This document shows positions 12,183 through 22,196 of a stretch of 51,690 bases of DNA, in pieces. Location: the NCBI GenBank assembly GCA_040876265.1, contig JBBDPN010000001.1, forward strand, positions 1 through 51,690, written 5' to 3'. This stretch comes from Candidatus Woykebacteria bacterium (GTDB lineage Bacteria; Patescibacteriota; Microgenomatia; Woykebacterales; RBG-16-39-9b). The notes under the pieces are model-generated. The model made no database searches, was not told the origin of the DNA, and saw nothing but the letters and a program-made list of their open reading frames with translations. Both the position numbers and the translations under genes were made by a program. Positions within the stretch are counted from its first letter, which is position 1; each line of letters begins with the position of its first letter.

Positions 12183-14678
12183 ATGGATAGATATGATCCA
12201 ATTGTTATTGAGCAAAAGTGGCGGAAGCGTTGGGAGGATGAAAAGACTTTTAAGACCGATTTAAAGAACGCAAAGAAACCCTTTTACAACCTAATGATGT
12301 TCCCCTATCCTTCTGGTGAGGGTTTGCATGTTGGCCACGTTTACGCTTTTGGTGGTAGCGATACGTTTGGTAGGTTCAAAAGGCTGCAGGGTTACGATGT
12401 TTTCGAGCCAATGGGCTTTGATAGTTTCGGAATTCATTCGGAAAATTACGCCATTAAAACTAAAACTCACCCCAAAGATTTGATCGAAAAGACCACTGGC
12501 TATTTTCGAGAAAAACAGCTAAAGAGGCTTGGGGCCCTATTTGATTGGGATCGTCAGGTGATCACTTCTGATCCAGATTATTATAAATGGACTCAGTGGA
12601 TCTTTATTCAGCTTTTCAAGGCTGGTCTGGCCGTGCGTAAAAAAGCGCCTGTTAACTGGTGTCCCTCGTGTAAGACCGTTCTTGCTGATGAGCAAGTTAT
12701 CAGTGGACGCTGTGAGCGTTGCAATAGTGAAGTCGTCCAAAAAGAACTCGCACAGTGGTTCTTTAGAATCACTGAATATGCCGAAAAATTACTGAATAAT
12801 TTGGAGACCATAGATTGGTCGCAAAGCACCAAACTAATACAGCGAAATTGGATAGGCAGGAGTGAGGGTGCTGAAATCGACTTCCCAATTAAGGGCTCGA
12901 GACTGAAAATAAGGGTTTTCACCACGCGGCCAGATACAATATACGGGGCGACCTTTATGGTACTGGCTCCTGAGCATGAATTAGCACTAAAAATTTCTAG
13001 TGCTAAGTTTTCCGAGGCTGTAAGAGATTATATTGCACAAAGCAAAAAGGCAACCGAACTTGAGCGCTCCCAAGCTAAAACCGGTGTATTTACCGGTGCA
13101 TATTGCCTGAATCCATTTACAAACAAGCAGGTACCCATTTGGGTAGCCGATTATGTGTTAGGTATCTACGGCAGCGGTGCTATTATGGCCGTCCCTGCCC
13201 ATGACCAGCGTGATTTCGAATTTGCGAAGAGGCAAGGATTGAAAATAGTCAAAATCGTTAGTGGAGGTGTCGCTCAAGAAAAGGCTTACGTAGGGGAGGG
13301 AAAATTAGTCAATTCTGGCCAATTTAATGGTTTGAATTCGCAGGAAGCAATAGATACTATGTCAGACTATATAGAAAAGAATAAATTTGGCCGAAAAACC
13401 GTCAATTATCATCTGCGTGACTGGCTTATAAGTAGACAACGGTACTGGGGTCCGCCAATACCAATGATCTTCTGTGCGCTCTGTGCTAAAAAGGGAGATG
13501 GCGAAAAAGCCAAGGATAGGGTGGTTCATCCCGGGTGGTACGCGGTACCTGAAAAGGATCTCCCAGTAAGACTGCCACATCTAGAAAACTATCAACCCAA
13601 AGGTCGTGGTGTCAGTCCTCTGGCTACTATGCCAGATTTTGTGAGCGTGAAGTGTCCAAAATGCGGAAAAACCGCCCGGCGTGAAACTGATGTTTCGGAC
13701 ACATTTTTAGACTCGTCCTGGTACTTTCTCCGTTACCCTTCGACTGAGTTTAAAACGAAAGCTTTTGATCAAAAAATAACCAAAAAATGGCTTCCAGTAA
13801 ACTCTTATATCGGTGGGAACGAGCACGCGGTAATGCACTTGCTCTATAGTCGGTTTATTACGATGGCGCTAAAGAGCTTGCGCTTGATTGATTTTGAGGA
13901 GCCGTTCAACAAGTTTAGGGCGCACGGTTTGATAATTCACAAAGGTGCCAAGATGAGTAAGAGCAGAGGCAATGTTGTAAATCCAAATGATTATATGGAT
14001 GCTTACGGTCCAGATGCTTTGCGGATGTACCTATTGTTTATTGGTCCTTATGATCTTGGCGGTGATTTTTCCGATCGGGCGATAGCCGGGGTTTACCGGT
14101 TTCTAAATCGAGTGTGGAAGCTCCTCTTGGGACTTGGCAAAGGAACTCAGGTAAGTGCTAGCGATAAATTAAATAGAGCGATAAATAGGCTCGTATTGAA
14201 GGCTGGCGAAGACCTAGAGAGTTTAAAATTTAACACCGCCATTGCAGCTATTATGGAATTTACAAACTTAGCTTCCAAGCACAAAAACGAATTCGACAGA
14301 GGAACAATCGAAAAATATTTGATTGTTTTATCCCCTTTTGCCCCTTTCACCACCGAAGAACTCTGGGAAAGACTTGGGTTTCTAAAAGAAAAAGGTTCAG
14401 TGCACCACCAAGCCTGGCCGATCTCAGAAAGTAAATATTTAGAGGCTGAAAACGTTACGATTGCTGTCCAAATAAACGGAAAGCTGCGTGACACGATGGT
14501 AGTTGAAAGGTCAAAAATCGATCGCTTCGCGACCGGCGACCACTTCGTGGACTACAAAAGAGAAATAGAGACCTTGGCATTGAGTTCAAAGAAGGTAAAA
14601 AAACATGTTAATGGACGTAAGGTTCGAAGGGTTATTTACGTCCCTGAAAAGGTCTTGAATATAGTTGTAGATGTTTAA
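12183..14678 (+). CDS. leuS: Leucine--tRNA ligase
   Basis: MFPYPSGEGLHVGH (HIGH), KMSKS, editing domain GTGA-like GSGAIMAVPAHD; AGGAGG precedes ATG 12183. Confidence 0.98.
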   Translation: MDRYDPIVIEQKWRKRWEDEKTFKTDLKNAKKPFYNLMMFPYPSGEGLHVGHVYAFGGSDTFGRFKRLQGYDVFEPMGFDSFGIHSENYAIKTKTHPKDLIEKTTGYFREKQLKRLGALFDWDRQVITSDPDYYKWTQWIFIQLFKAGLAVRKKAPVNWCPSCKTVLADEQVISGRCERCNSEVVQKELAQWFFRITEYAEKLLNNLETIDWSQSTKLIQRNWIGRSEGAEIDFPIKGSRLKIRVFTTRPDTIYGATFMVLAPEHELALKISSAKFSEAVRDYIAQSKKATELERSQAKTGVFTGAYCLNPFTNKQVPIWVADYVLGIYGSGAIMAVPAHDQRDFEFAKRQGLKIVKIVSGGVAQEKAYVGEGKLVNSGQFNGLNSQEAIDTMSDYIEKNKFGRKTVNYHLRDWLISRQRYWGPPIPMIFCALCAKKGDGEKAKDRVVHPGWYAVPEKDLPVRLPHLENYQPKGRGVSPLATMPDFVSVKCPKCGKTARRETDVSDTFLDSSWYFLRYPSTEFKTKAFDQKITKKWLPVNSYIGGNEHAVMHLLYSRFITMALKSLRLIDFEEPFNKFRAHGLIIHKGAKMSKSRGNVVNPNDYMDAYGPDALRMYLLFIGPYDLGGDFSDRAIAGVYRFLNRVWKLLLGLGKGTQVSASDKLNRAINRLVLKAGEDLESLKFNTAIAAIMEFTNLASKHKNEFDRGTIEKYLIVLSPFAPFTTEELWERLGFLKEKGSVHHQAWPISESKYLEAENVTIAVQINGKLRDTMVVERSKIDRFATGDHFVDYKREIETLALSSKKVKKHVNGRKVRRVIYVPEKVLNIVVDV

Positions 14679-14785
14679 TCAATTTGGGTTCTAACCCAAT
14701 TCTAAGGCCACTTAGCAGGCTTACAGACACCTAAAATGCCTGCTTGTCTCTTGCAAAAAGCCCCTAAAAGAGTTATGGTTGGAGG

Positions 14786-14827
14786 GAAATCTGGGCAGGC
14801 TACAACCAGTCCAGATTTCATTTTTTT
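14786..14827 (+). terminator. Hairpin plus T tract (terminator or attenuator-like)
   Basis: GAAATCTGG...CCAGATTTC followed by A and T7. Confidence 0.55.
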
Positions 14828-14845
14828 GGACTTATTCGAGGGCAA

Positions 14846-15235
14846 ATGAGAGAAAATTCTGACCTACAAAAAAGCCTGCAATTTATCTGGCGTAATTACT
14901 TCGGCGATGTTTCTGAGAAATACCCGGTTAGTATTAGTTTTGGTAGAGAAGCGAAATACAGGTTTGGGTCAATCCGCTTCCGTTACAGGGATAAATCTGT
15001 TCAAATTACAATAAATGGTCGATTTCGCGATAAAAAATACCCCCAGCAAATAATTGATCATACCATCGCTCACGAAATGGTCCATTACGCTCAAGGTTTT
15101 CCCACCCCTGGTCCCAGGCTTCACAAATATCCTCACCGTGGTGGTATAATCGATAAAGAGCTCGCCCAGCGTCACCTCTACCACCTAGTTGTTTTCTACA
15201 ATTCCTGGGTCGAAAAATACATCGAGAGCCTCTAG
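14846..15235 (+). CDS. SprT-like zinc metalloprotease domain protein
   Basis: HTIAHEMVHY (HExxH) preceded by a short strand, with downstream HRG. Confidence 0.65.
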   Translation: MRENSDLQKSLQFIWRNYFGDVSEKYPVSISFGREAKYRFGSIRFRYRDKSVQITINGRFRDKKYPQQIIDHTIAHEMVHYAQGFPTPGPRLHKYPHRGGIIDKELAQRHLYHLVVFYNSWVEKYIESL

Positions 15236-15260
15236 GTAAAAATTTAAACGTAAAAAATAC

Positions 15261-15289
15261 TTGACAACTTTTCCACTTCTTTCTAAAGT
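15261..15289 (+). promoter_or_regulatory. Sigma70 promoter, probably giving a leaderless comEA mRNA
   Basis: TTGACA, 17 nt, TAAAGT, 6 nt, ATG. Confidence 0.55.
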
Positions 15290-15295
15290 CTCCTC

Positions 15296-15913
15296 ATGGT
15301 GAGAATCCTCAAAGACAAACGTATAAAAAAGTTTTTTCAGCAGACAAAGAAATTCCAAACCTCCATTATCCTTGCGCTTGTTGGTTTGGCTTTAGTCGGT
15401 GCCGGTCTCTCTTTCCCAAAGGTATTTTCGAGTAAGGAAGAGCCTGAATTTATTCCGTCTCAAAAAACAACCGCTACCGAAAATAAAATCTTCGTGGATG
15501 TTGCCGGCGCGGTAGCCAAACCAGGGGTTTATGAATTGGACAGCGGCTCCAGAATAAATGACCTAGTAAATATGGCGGGTGGCTTTGCAAAAGCCGCCGA
15601 TAAGACGTGGATTTCCAAAAATGTAAACCTAGCCGCAAAACTGGCCGACGGCCAGAAAATTTATATTCCAGCTAAAGGAGAGGGGAGCTCCTCAGTTGTC
15701 CAAACGGGGCAAGTCGCCGGAGAGATTTCCGGTAAAATAAATATAAATTCAGCAACCGAAGCACAACTTGACTCTTTACCTGGTATTGGTCCTGTAAGGG
15801 CGGGGAAAATTATAGAAAATAGACCATACAGCAAGATTGGAGAGCTTCTGACTAAAAAGGTTTTGGGAGAAGCAACCTTTGAAAATATCAAGGACAAAAT
15901 CGCCGTATACTAG
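15296..15913 (+). CDS. comEA: ComEA DNA receptor (TM, SLBB, HhH)
   Basis: VDVAGAVAKPGVY, NLAAKLADGQKIYIP, ININSATEAQLDSLPGIGPVRA. Confidence 0.92.
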   Translation: MVRILKDKRIKKFFQQTKKFQTSIILALVGLALVGAGLSFPKVFSSKEEPEFIPSQKTTATENKIFVDVAGAVAKPGVYELDSGSRINDLVNMAGGFAKAADKTWISKNVNLAAKLADGQKIYIPAKGEGSSSVVQTGQVAGEISGKININSATEAQLDSLPGIGPVRAGKIIENRPYSKIGELLTKKVLGEATFENIKDKIAVY

Positions 15914-17114
15914 CCACAGAATAAAAGTTTTTCTTCTTATTTTTACAGTGCTTGCTTTATTCTCTTGGCGGTTTATCTCTTACCTTCCTAGACAACAAGA
16001 GGGTTACGTCAAGCTCACCAGCACACTATTGGAAGAGACTCAGGTTTACAACCAGTGGCAATATTTTAGCCTTGATGTTTATAATATAAAAGCTTCTAGT
16101 GATTTGGAAATTAATTACGGTGACAGATTGGAAATAGAGGGTGAGGTCAAAGATGGTCGTTTTGTTGATCCTAAAATAAAAATCGTTGGTTCTTCTACTT
16201 GGAGAAAAGTACTTTTTTCAATTAGAAACAATCTCAAAACAAGGATTTTCACTTCCCTTTCTGAACCGCAAGCTTCGCTGTTGGCAGGTGTACTACTGGG
16301 AGCCCGGGAAGAGTTGCCCGACGATTTTAGGGAGTCTCTAAGGAAAACAGGCACCATACACGTTGTGGTGGTTTCTGGTTACAATATTAGCGTTGTGGCT
16401 GGTTTGATGGTTGGCCTTTCTCGCTTTTTCAACCGCCGATTAGCTACAATATTGGCTTTGGCAGCCATCGCATCTTATACTTTGCTCGTTGGAGCCGATC
16501 CGCCGGCTGTCAGAGCCGCCATAATGGGCGCCTTGGGGTTTTCTGCTATTATATTGGGCAGGCAAAGATTTTCGCTTTACGCACTTTTTCTGGCGGCGAT
16601 CTTGATGTTGTTTGTGAGTCCGATTGTGGCTACAGATATAGGTTTCCAACTATCCTTTTTGGCTACAGCAGGAATAATTTTGTTCCAGGAGAAAATCTTG
16701 ACCTTCTCTAGGGTGCTACCTGGACCGTTCAACGAAGATTTGGCGACTACTATTTCTGCACAAATTCTAGTGGCACCTGTAATTTTTTATCACTTCGGTT
16801 CAGTGTCTGCTATATCTCCCTTGGTCAATGCGCTGGTACTTTGGACAATCCCATTTTCAACAATTGGGGGATTTATATTTTTAGTTCTTAGCTTTACGGT
16901 GCCTTTTTTAGCTGCGGTAGCCGCTTGGATAGTCTGGGCGCTGCTTTCAGTTTTCGTCTTTATAGTCGAAGTCTCTAGCCAGTTACCGATCACCAGTTTC
17001 GAATTCAAACCAAACCAAATATTGCCGCTGCTAATATATTACTTATGGTTAGCAGCTGCTATTTATTATCTGAGAAATGTCAGATTGGCTTACAAAAAAC
17101 AAACTAAGAGTTAG
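15879..17114 (+). CDS. comEC: ComEC/Rec2 membrane competence domain
   Basis: TGTIHVVVVSGYNI, VRAAIMG, DIGFQLSFLAT; start position uncertain. Confidence 0.92.
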   Translation: MKISRTKSPYTSHRIKVFLLIFTVLALFSWRFISYLPRQQEGYVKLTSTLLEETQVYNQWQYFSLDVYNIKASSDLEINYGDRLEIEGEVKDGRFVDPKIKIVGSSTWRKVLFSIRNNLKTRIFTSLSEPQASLLAGVLLGAREELPDDFRESLRKTGTIHVVVVSGYNISVVAGLMVGLSRFFNRRLATILALAAIASYTLLVGADPPAVRAAIMGALGFSAIILGRQRFSLYALFLAAILMLFVSPIVATDIGFQLSFLATAGIILFQEKILTFSRVLPGPFNEDLATTISAQILVAPVIFYHFGSVSAISPLVNALVLWTIPFSTIGGFIFLVLSFTVPFLAAVAAWIVWALLSVFVFIVEVSSQLPITSFEFKPNQILPLLIYYLWLAAAIYYLRNVRLAYKKQTKS

Positions 17115-17931
17115 TCTGTACGGGTTGGCCGTATTGAACATTTTGGTATGGAGCTTTTATTTTTCCCTGCCTGATGGTAAGCTCCACCTCAAAGTTTATG
17201 ATATTGGCCAAGGAGACGCTATCTTTGTCGAGACTGCCGGAGGCTACAAAGTTCTTATTGACGGTGGGCCAGACAACAAAGTGCTGGATCATTTAGGAAA
17301 AGATGTTCCTTTTTACTCGCGAAAAATTGATTTACTGGTTCTGACCCATCCTCAGTCCGATCACGTAACTGGGTTGGTGGAAGTGATCAAAAGGTATCAA
17401 ATAAATCATTTATGGATCAACGGTATGGCTGTTGAAAGCCGAGTATCCAAAGAGTGGGACAAAATAATTAATGAAAAAGGACTAAATACTAGGGTTGTCC
17501 GTCAGGGAGATAGGATGGTTTTCCCTGATAAAACTGAATTTAAGGTCCTTTGGCCCCTGCAAGGGGTCGTAAATAGCGATCCAAACGCCCACTCGATAGT
17601 TCTGCATTTGGTTTTTGGTCAATTTGACGCGTATCTTACTGGAGATGCGGATGCGCAAGTGCAACCGTACACGGTGAACCCCGGTCACATTGAATTTTTT
17701 AAAGTACCCCACCACGGAGGTAAAGGAGCCTTGAGGGAGGACTACGTAGCTGCCCTATCACCTCAAGTAAGCGTTATTTCCGTGGGTAGCAAAAACCCTT
17801 ATGGCCATCCAAGAGGCGAGGTATTGGATATTCTCGCCAAAACTGGATCAAAAGTTTACCGGACCGATAAGTGGGGCACCGTAGAAATTGTGAGTGATGG
17901 TAATAGTTGGTATACTAATTCGCAACGATGA
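17077..17931 (+). CDS. ComEC-associated metallo-beta-lactamase-fold protein
   Basis: DIGQGDA, LTHPQSDHVTG, KVPHHG, NPYGHP. Confidence 0.9.
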   Translation: MSDWLTKNKLRVSLYGLAVLNILVWSFYFSLPDGKLHLKVYDIGQGDAIFVETAGGYKVLIDGGPDNKVLDHLGKDVPFYSRKIDLLVLTHPQSDHVTGLVEVIKRYQINHLWINGMAVESRVSKEWDKIINEKGLNTRVVRQGDRMVFPDKTEFKVLWPLQGVVNSDPNAHSIVLHLVFGQFDAYLTGDADAQVQPYTVNPGHIEFFKVPHHGGKGALREDYVAALSPQVSVISVGSKNPYGHPRGEVLDILAKTGSKVYRTDKWGTVEIVSDGNSWYTNSQR

Positions 17932-19565
17932 TTAGAGATCAGATAAAAAATGAACTTGAAAAGGTGGCTAGGGAGGCTGGTTTTGATAAGATCGAGCTAG
18001 AGGTGTTGCCGACTACGGACCCAAAATTTGGGGATTATTACTCCTCAGTTGCTTTGAAGATTGCCCAAGTTCAGGGTAAGCAAAAGCCGGTTGAAATTGC
18101 TAAACAAATCGTGGCTAAATTGCCGAAAAGCGACGATGTTTTTACAGTTGAAATTGCCCCAAATGGGTTCATAAATGTTACTTTAACGGCCGGGTTCCTC
18201 CAATCCCAAGCCCAAAAAATTATCGAACAAAATGAGAGTTACGGACGGAACGAAATCGGCAAGGGTAAGAAGGCTAGGGTCGAGTTTGTTTCGGCAAACC
18301 CAACCGGACCGCTTCATATTGGTAACGCTCGTGGTGGGCCTCTTGGTGATACCATCGCGTCCGTGTTGGAGTTTGCTGGCTACAAGGTTTTGCGAGAGTA
18401 TATTAACAATGATAAGGGCAACCAAGTATTTGAACTCGGTAAGAGCCTGGCCGCAAAGGCAGGGTTAATTGATGCAAGTGATAAAGAACTTACATACGTG
18501 GGCGGGTATACGGATGACTTATCTCAAGAAGTGAAAAAAGAGCTCAACAAAGATAAAAACCTACCTGAAGATCAAATTGTAATGAAAGCTGGAGAGATTG
18601 GCACAAGGTTGATGCACAAAGATATCATTAATGATATATCTGATGCCGGTATAAAGTTCGATTTAGTGGTTAACGAAAGCGAGCTTCAAAAAAAGTTACC
18701 TCCGGCACTAAAATTATTAGAGGAAAAGGGCTTACTTAAAGAGCAGGGAGGAGCTACTTGGTTTCTACTGGGAGAGGGATTTGATGAAAGGCGAGACGCG
18801 GTAGTTATTAAAAGCGATGGTAGTTATACTTACTTTGGGGCTGATATTGTTTACCACAAAGAAAAATTTGAAAGCGGTTATGATTTGATCTTGGATGTGT
18901 TTGGTTCAAACACTTCCGGACACGTGCCAAAAATAGAGGCTATTGTCTCTGCCTTTGGGTTTGACGCGTCCAAGCTAAAAGTCATTTTGTACCAATTCGT
19001 CAGGGTAAAACGGGGAGAGCAGGTAATTAAGATGAGCAAAAGAGCGGGAAATTTTGTTACAGCGAAAGAAGTGTTGGATGAGGTAGGCAAAGATGCATTC
19101 CGTTTCACCCTTCTCATGTACGATTCTAATACTCATATGGATTTCGATCTTGAGCAGGCCAAGAAGCAGTCAGAGGAAAACCCGGTTTACTACGTGCAAT
19201 ATGCCCACGCCCGTGTAAGCAGTATCTTAAAGAAAGCAAAACAAGAAGGCTTTAGCCTCGAAAATCTTGTCAAAGCTGACCTAAAATTGCTAAAAACGAA
19301 CTCAGAAATCGCTTTGATAAGGAAATTAGTCAAATTCCCGGAGTTGATAGAGGATATAGTGGGTTCGGAAAGTTACCCAGTTCACTTGCTACCGCTGAAT
19401 ACATTAAAAATCGCGGACGAACTAAATAGGTTCTACGAAAGGACAAGAGTGTTGGGTGAGGAAAAAGAAACTACTGAGGCTAGATTAGCCCTAATGATGA
19501 CCACAAAAATAGTCTTGGCAAATAGTTTACAATTGATGGGTATCTCTGCCCCAGAGCATATGTAA
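17928..19565 (+). CDS. argS: Arginine--tRNA ligase
   Basis: VEFVSANPTGPLHIGNARG, KMSKRAG, YYVQYAHAR. Confidence 0.98.
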   Translation: MIRDQIKNELEKVAREAGFDKIELEVLPTTDPKFGDYYSSVALKIAQVQGKQKPVEIAKQIVAKLPKSDDVFTVEIAPNGFINVTLTAGFLQSQAQKIIEQNESYGRNEIGKGKKARVEFVSANPTGPLHIGNARGGPLGDTIASVLEFAGYKVLREYINNDKGNQVFELGKSLAAKAGLIDASDKELTYVGGYTDDLSQEVKKELNKDKNLPEDQIVMKAGEIGTRLMHKDIINDISDAGIKFDLVVNESELQKKLPPALKLLEEKGLLKEQGGATWFLLGEGFDERRDAVVIKSDGSYTYFGADIVYHKEKFESGYDLILDVFGSNTSGHVPKIEAIVSAFGFDASKLKVILYQFVRVKRGEQVIKMSKRAGNFVTAKEVLDEVGKDAFRFTLLMYDSNTHMDFDLEQAKKQSEENPVYYVQYAHARVSSILKKAKQEGFSLENLVKADLKLLKTNSEIALIRKLVKFPELIEDIVGSESYPVHLLPLNTLKIADELNRFYERTRVLGEEKETTEARLALMMTTKIVLANSLQLMGISAPEHM

Positions 19566-19575
19566 AGATATCAAA

Positions 19576-20844
19576 ATGGATCAAAAAATTATTACTCTAC
19601 CAAATAAATTAGAAATTCTTTCCTCGCAGCTGCCCGCTACAAAAAGCGTGACGGTGCTGATTTTGGTTCGAACCGGGAGCCGTTACGAGAGGAAAGAGAC
19701 AAATGGTATTGCCCACTACGCCGAGCACATGTTTTTTAAGGGAACAAAGAAAAGACCAACGGCCTTGGATATTTCAACTCTAATCGATGGTATTGGAGGC
19801 GAGTTTAACGCTTTCACTTCCAAAGAGTTCACTGGTTATTTCGTGAAGGCTAGTACGAGGCACTTTGAGCTGATTTTGGATGTACTTAGTGACATGCTCC
19901 AAAATTCTAAATTTGATCAGGAGGAAATAGTTAGAGAAAGAGGAGTAATATTTGAGGAATTGCGGATGTATCTAGATACTCCAGTGCGTTACATTCACGA
20001 TCTTCATGAGCAGCTACTTTTTGGGGATCAGCCTCTAGGTTGGGATATTGTCGGGACCATTGATTCTTTAAAAAATATAAACCGAAGAGAGTTTCTCGCG
20101 TTTAAAGATGCCTATTACAACCCGGAAAATATGTTGGTTTCAATTGCCGGTGGAACTTCTCATTCTGATACGGAAAATATCACTAAGATGTATTTAGGTG
20201 ATTTGAAAAACAAAAAGCAGGTTAAATTTCCTAAGGTGAAAATTACTCAAAATAGACCGGCGGTGAAAGTTTTAACTAAAAATACTGAGCAAGCCCATTT
20301 GATAGTTGGAGTAAGGGCTTACCCACGTGGGCATAAAAATCATTATCCAGCCGTGCTCCTAAATACAGTACTTGGCTCTTCAATGAGCTCAAGACTCTTC
20401 ATACAACTTCGAGAAAGAAGAGGACTGGCCTATTACGTACGTGGGGGTATTGAGGAATATCATGACGCTGGGTCCTTTGCTGCCAGCGCTGGAGTGCCGC
20501 CCCAAAAAATAGACGAGGCAATAAAGGTAATATTAGAAGAATATATCAAAACTACTCAAAGTATGGTTGGCGAGGCAGAACTTAAAAAAGCTAAAGAGCA
20601 TATTAAGGGTAGGCTGACTTTAGAACTTGAAGACTCTCGGGAAGTAGCGACTTTATTTGGTACGGACCAACTTCTTGAGGGTAAGTTTAGGAGCTTGGAA
20701 GAAATCTCCAAAAATGTTGATAAAGTTACTGCTAAGCAAGTACAAGACATAGCGAAGGAGATCTTCGTTGATAGAAATCTGAACCTGACTGTGATTGGCC
20801 CATACAAAAGAGAAGAGAAATTTGCTAAAATATTAAAATTATAG
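19576..20844 (+). CDS. M16 family (pitrilysin) peptidase
   Basis: GIAHYAEHMFFKGT (HxxEH), NAFTSKE, SSRLFIQLRERRGLAY. Confidence 0.95.
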   Translation: MDQKIITLPNKLEILSSQLPATKSVTVLILVRTGSRYERKETNGIAHYAEHMFFKGTKKRPTALDISTLIDGIGGEFNAFTSKEFTGYFVKASTRHFELILDVLSDMLQNSKFDQEEIVRERGVIFEELRMYLDTPVRYIHDLHEQLLFGDQPLGWDIVGTIDSLKNINRREFLAFKDAYYNPENMLVSIAGGTSHSDTENITKMYLGDLKNKKQVKFPKVKITQNRPAVKVLTKNTEQAHLIVGVRAYPRGHKNHYPAVLLNTVLGSSMSSRLFIQLRERRGLAYYVRGGIEEYHDAGSFAASAGVPPQKIDEAIKVILEEYIKTTQSMVGEAELKKAKEHIKGRLTLELEDSREVATLFGTDQLLEGKFRSLEEISKNVDKVTAKQVQDIAKEIFVDRNLNLTVIGPYKREEKFAKILKL

Positions 20845-20931
20845 TTAGGCTGTTCGCTATCGGTTTCTCGTTTAAACTATCGTTAAATCACTCTAAACCA
20901 ATAGCTTCGCAGCCTTGAATGGAGGACTAAA

Positions 20932-21498
20932 GTGGAAAGAACTGTTGTACTCATAAAACCAGATGGTGTCCGTCGGGGACTTATCGGCGAGGTGATAAGC
21001 AGGCTCGAAAAAATGGGCTTGAAAATCGTGGCGATGAAAATGATGCTCGCCCAAAACAACCACTTGGGTAAACATTACACCGATAAGGAAGATTATTTGA
21101 AAAGTTTGGGCGAGAAAACGCTCAAAACTTACCGTGAGTACGGCAAGGACCCAGGCCAAGACTTGGGCACTACAGACCCATTGGAGCTTGGGAAGATGAT
21201 AAGAGCCTGGACGATTGATTACGTGGGTTCTGGACCAATCGTTGCTTTGCTAGTTGAGGGGAGACACGCTGTGGACAACGTCAAAGCTATTGCCGGTCCC
21301 ACCATGCCGGTAAACGCACCGGTGGGGACAATTCGCGGCGATCTTTCCACCGATAGCGCTGCCTACGCCAATGTAGAAAAGAGGGGCGTTCAAAATATAA
21401 TTCACGTTTCAGGGACCGCGGAAGAAGCAAAATTTGAGGAAAAGCTTTGGTTTCACGAAAACGAAATCCAATTCTATAAGCGCGCAGACGAGAATTGA
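20932..21498 (+). CDS. ndk: Nucleoside diphosphate kinase
   Basis: ERTVVLIKPDGVRRGLIGE, GTIRGD, NIIHVSG (catalytic His). Confidence 0.95.
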   Translation: MERTVVLIKPDGVRRGLIGEVISRLEKMGLKIVAMKMMLAQNNHLGKHYTDKEDYLKSLGEKTLKTYREYGKDPGQDLGTTDPLELGKMIRAWTIDYVGSGPIVALLVEGRHAVDNVKAIAGPTMPVNAPVGTIRGDLSTDSAAYANVEKRGVQNIIHVSGTAEEAKFEEKLWFHENEIQFYKRADEN

Positions 21499-21499
21499 T

Positions 21500-21940
21500 T
21501 TAATCCTGGGCCGTTAGATTGTAGTTTCCGCAGGGCCCAGCTGTACCCGAACCAGTTTCCAAATCATCTCCGATATTATAATTCTGGCCACTAGCGGTTT
21601 GTTGATAACAAAATGCGACGTCACCGGGCGCTTTAGGTACTTCTCTTAAGTAAACTGGACTACCTCCCGAACCTTGTAAGTCAGCAACCCAAGTTGCAGT
21701 GTCCGGATAAGCGTTATTATCGGAGTAATATTGCTCCAGGGCTCCGCGAATAGTTTCGATGTCAGCTTTGCGTTGGCCGTCCCTAGCTTGGGATTGGGCA
21801 CGGGTGAAAGCAGCTAGTCCAATTGAGATAAGAATAGCGATAATAGCAATAACAATGAGGAGTTCAATAAGGGTAAATCCTTTTTTAGTTTCGTGATGCT
21901 TGATACTGGATAATTGATATTGAGGTAGCGGCAGTTTCAT
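21500..21940 (-). CDS. Type IV pilin / GspG-like prepilin
   Basis: KKGFTLIELLIVIAIIAIL class III signal; ARDGQRKADI...ALEQYYSDNNAYP. Confidence 0.93.
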   Translation of the reverse strand: MKLPLPQYQLSSIKHHETKKGFTLIELLIVIAIIAILISIGLAAFTRAQSQARDGQRKADIETIRGALEQYYSDNNAYPDTATWVADLQGSGGSPVYLREVPKAPGDVAFCYQQTASGQNYNIGDDLETGSGTAGPCGNYNLTAQD

Positions 21941-21985
21941 CTTAATTAATTCAACTATAATTTACTCAAAGTTCCTTTGTCAATT

Positions 21986-22060
21986 TGGTCGGGGTGACAC
22001 GAATTGAACGTGCGGCCTCTGCGTCCCGAACGCAGCGCTCTACCACTGAGCTACACCCCG
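21986..22060 (-). tRNA. tRNA-Pro(CGG)
   Basis: Cloverleaf; anticodon loop TTCGGGA; encoded CCA. Confidence 0.95.
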
Positions 22061-22106
22061 AAGATTTCATTTTAGCTTACATTATGATAAAATTCAAACC
22101 TGTCTG

Positions 22107-22183
22107 GGCCTTGTAGCTCAATTGGATAGAGCAGACCCGTCCTAAGGGTAAGGTTGTGAGTTCGAGTCTCACCAAGGCTGCCA
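22107..22183 (+). tRNA. tRNA-Arg(CCT)
   Basis: Cloverleaf; loop GTCCTAA; TTCGAGT T-loop; encoded CCA. Confidence 0.92.
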
Positions 22184-22196
22184 TTTTGTTTTTTCT

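Noticed and set aside
15879-17931. ComEC split into membrane and MBL ORFs as a possible frameshift
   Set aside because: The second ORF has its own ATG and TM helix, and separately encoded ComEC domains are common.
22107-22183. G at position 32 and a G27-A43 mismatch in tRNA-Arg(CCT)
   Set aside because: Unusual, but the rest of the cloverleaf is normal and TGA is used as stop throughout; no evidence of recoding.
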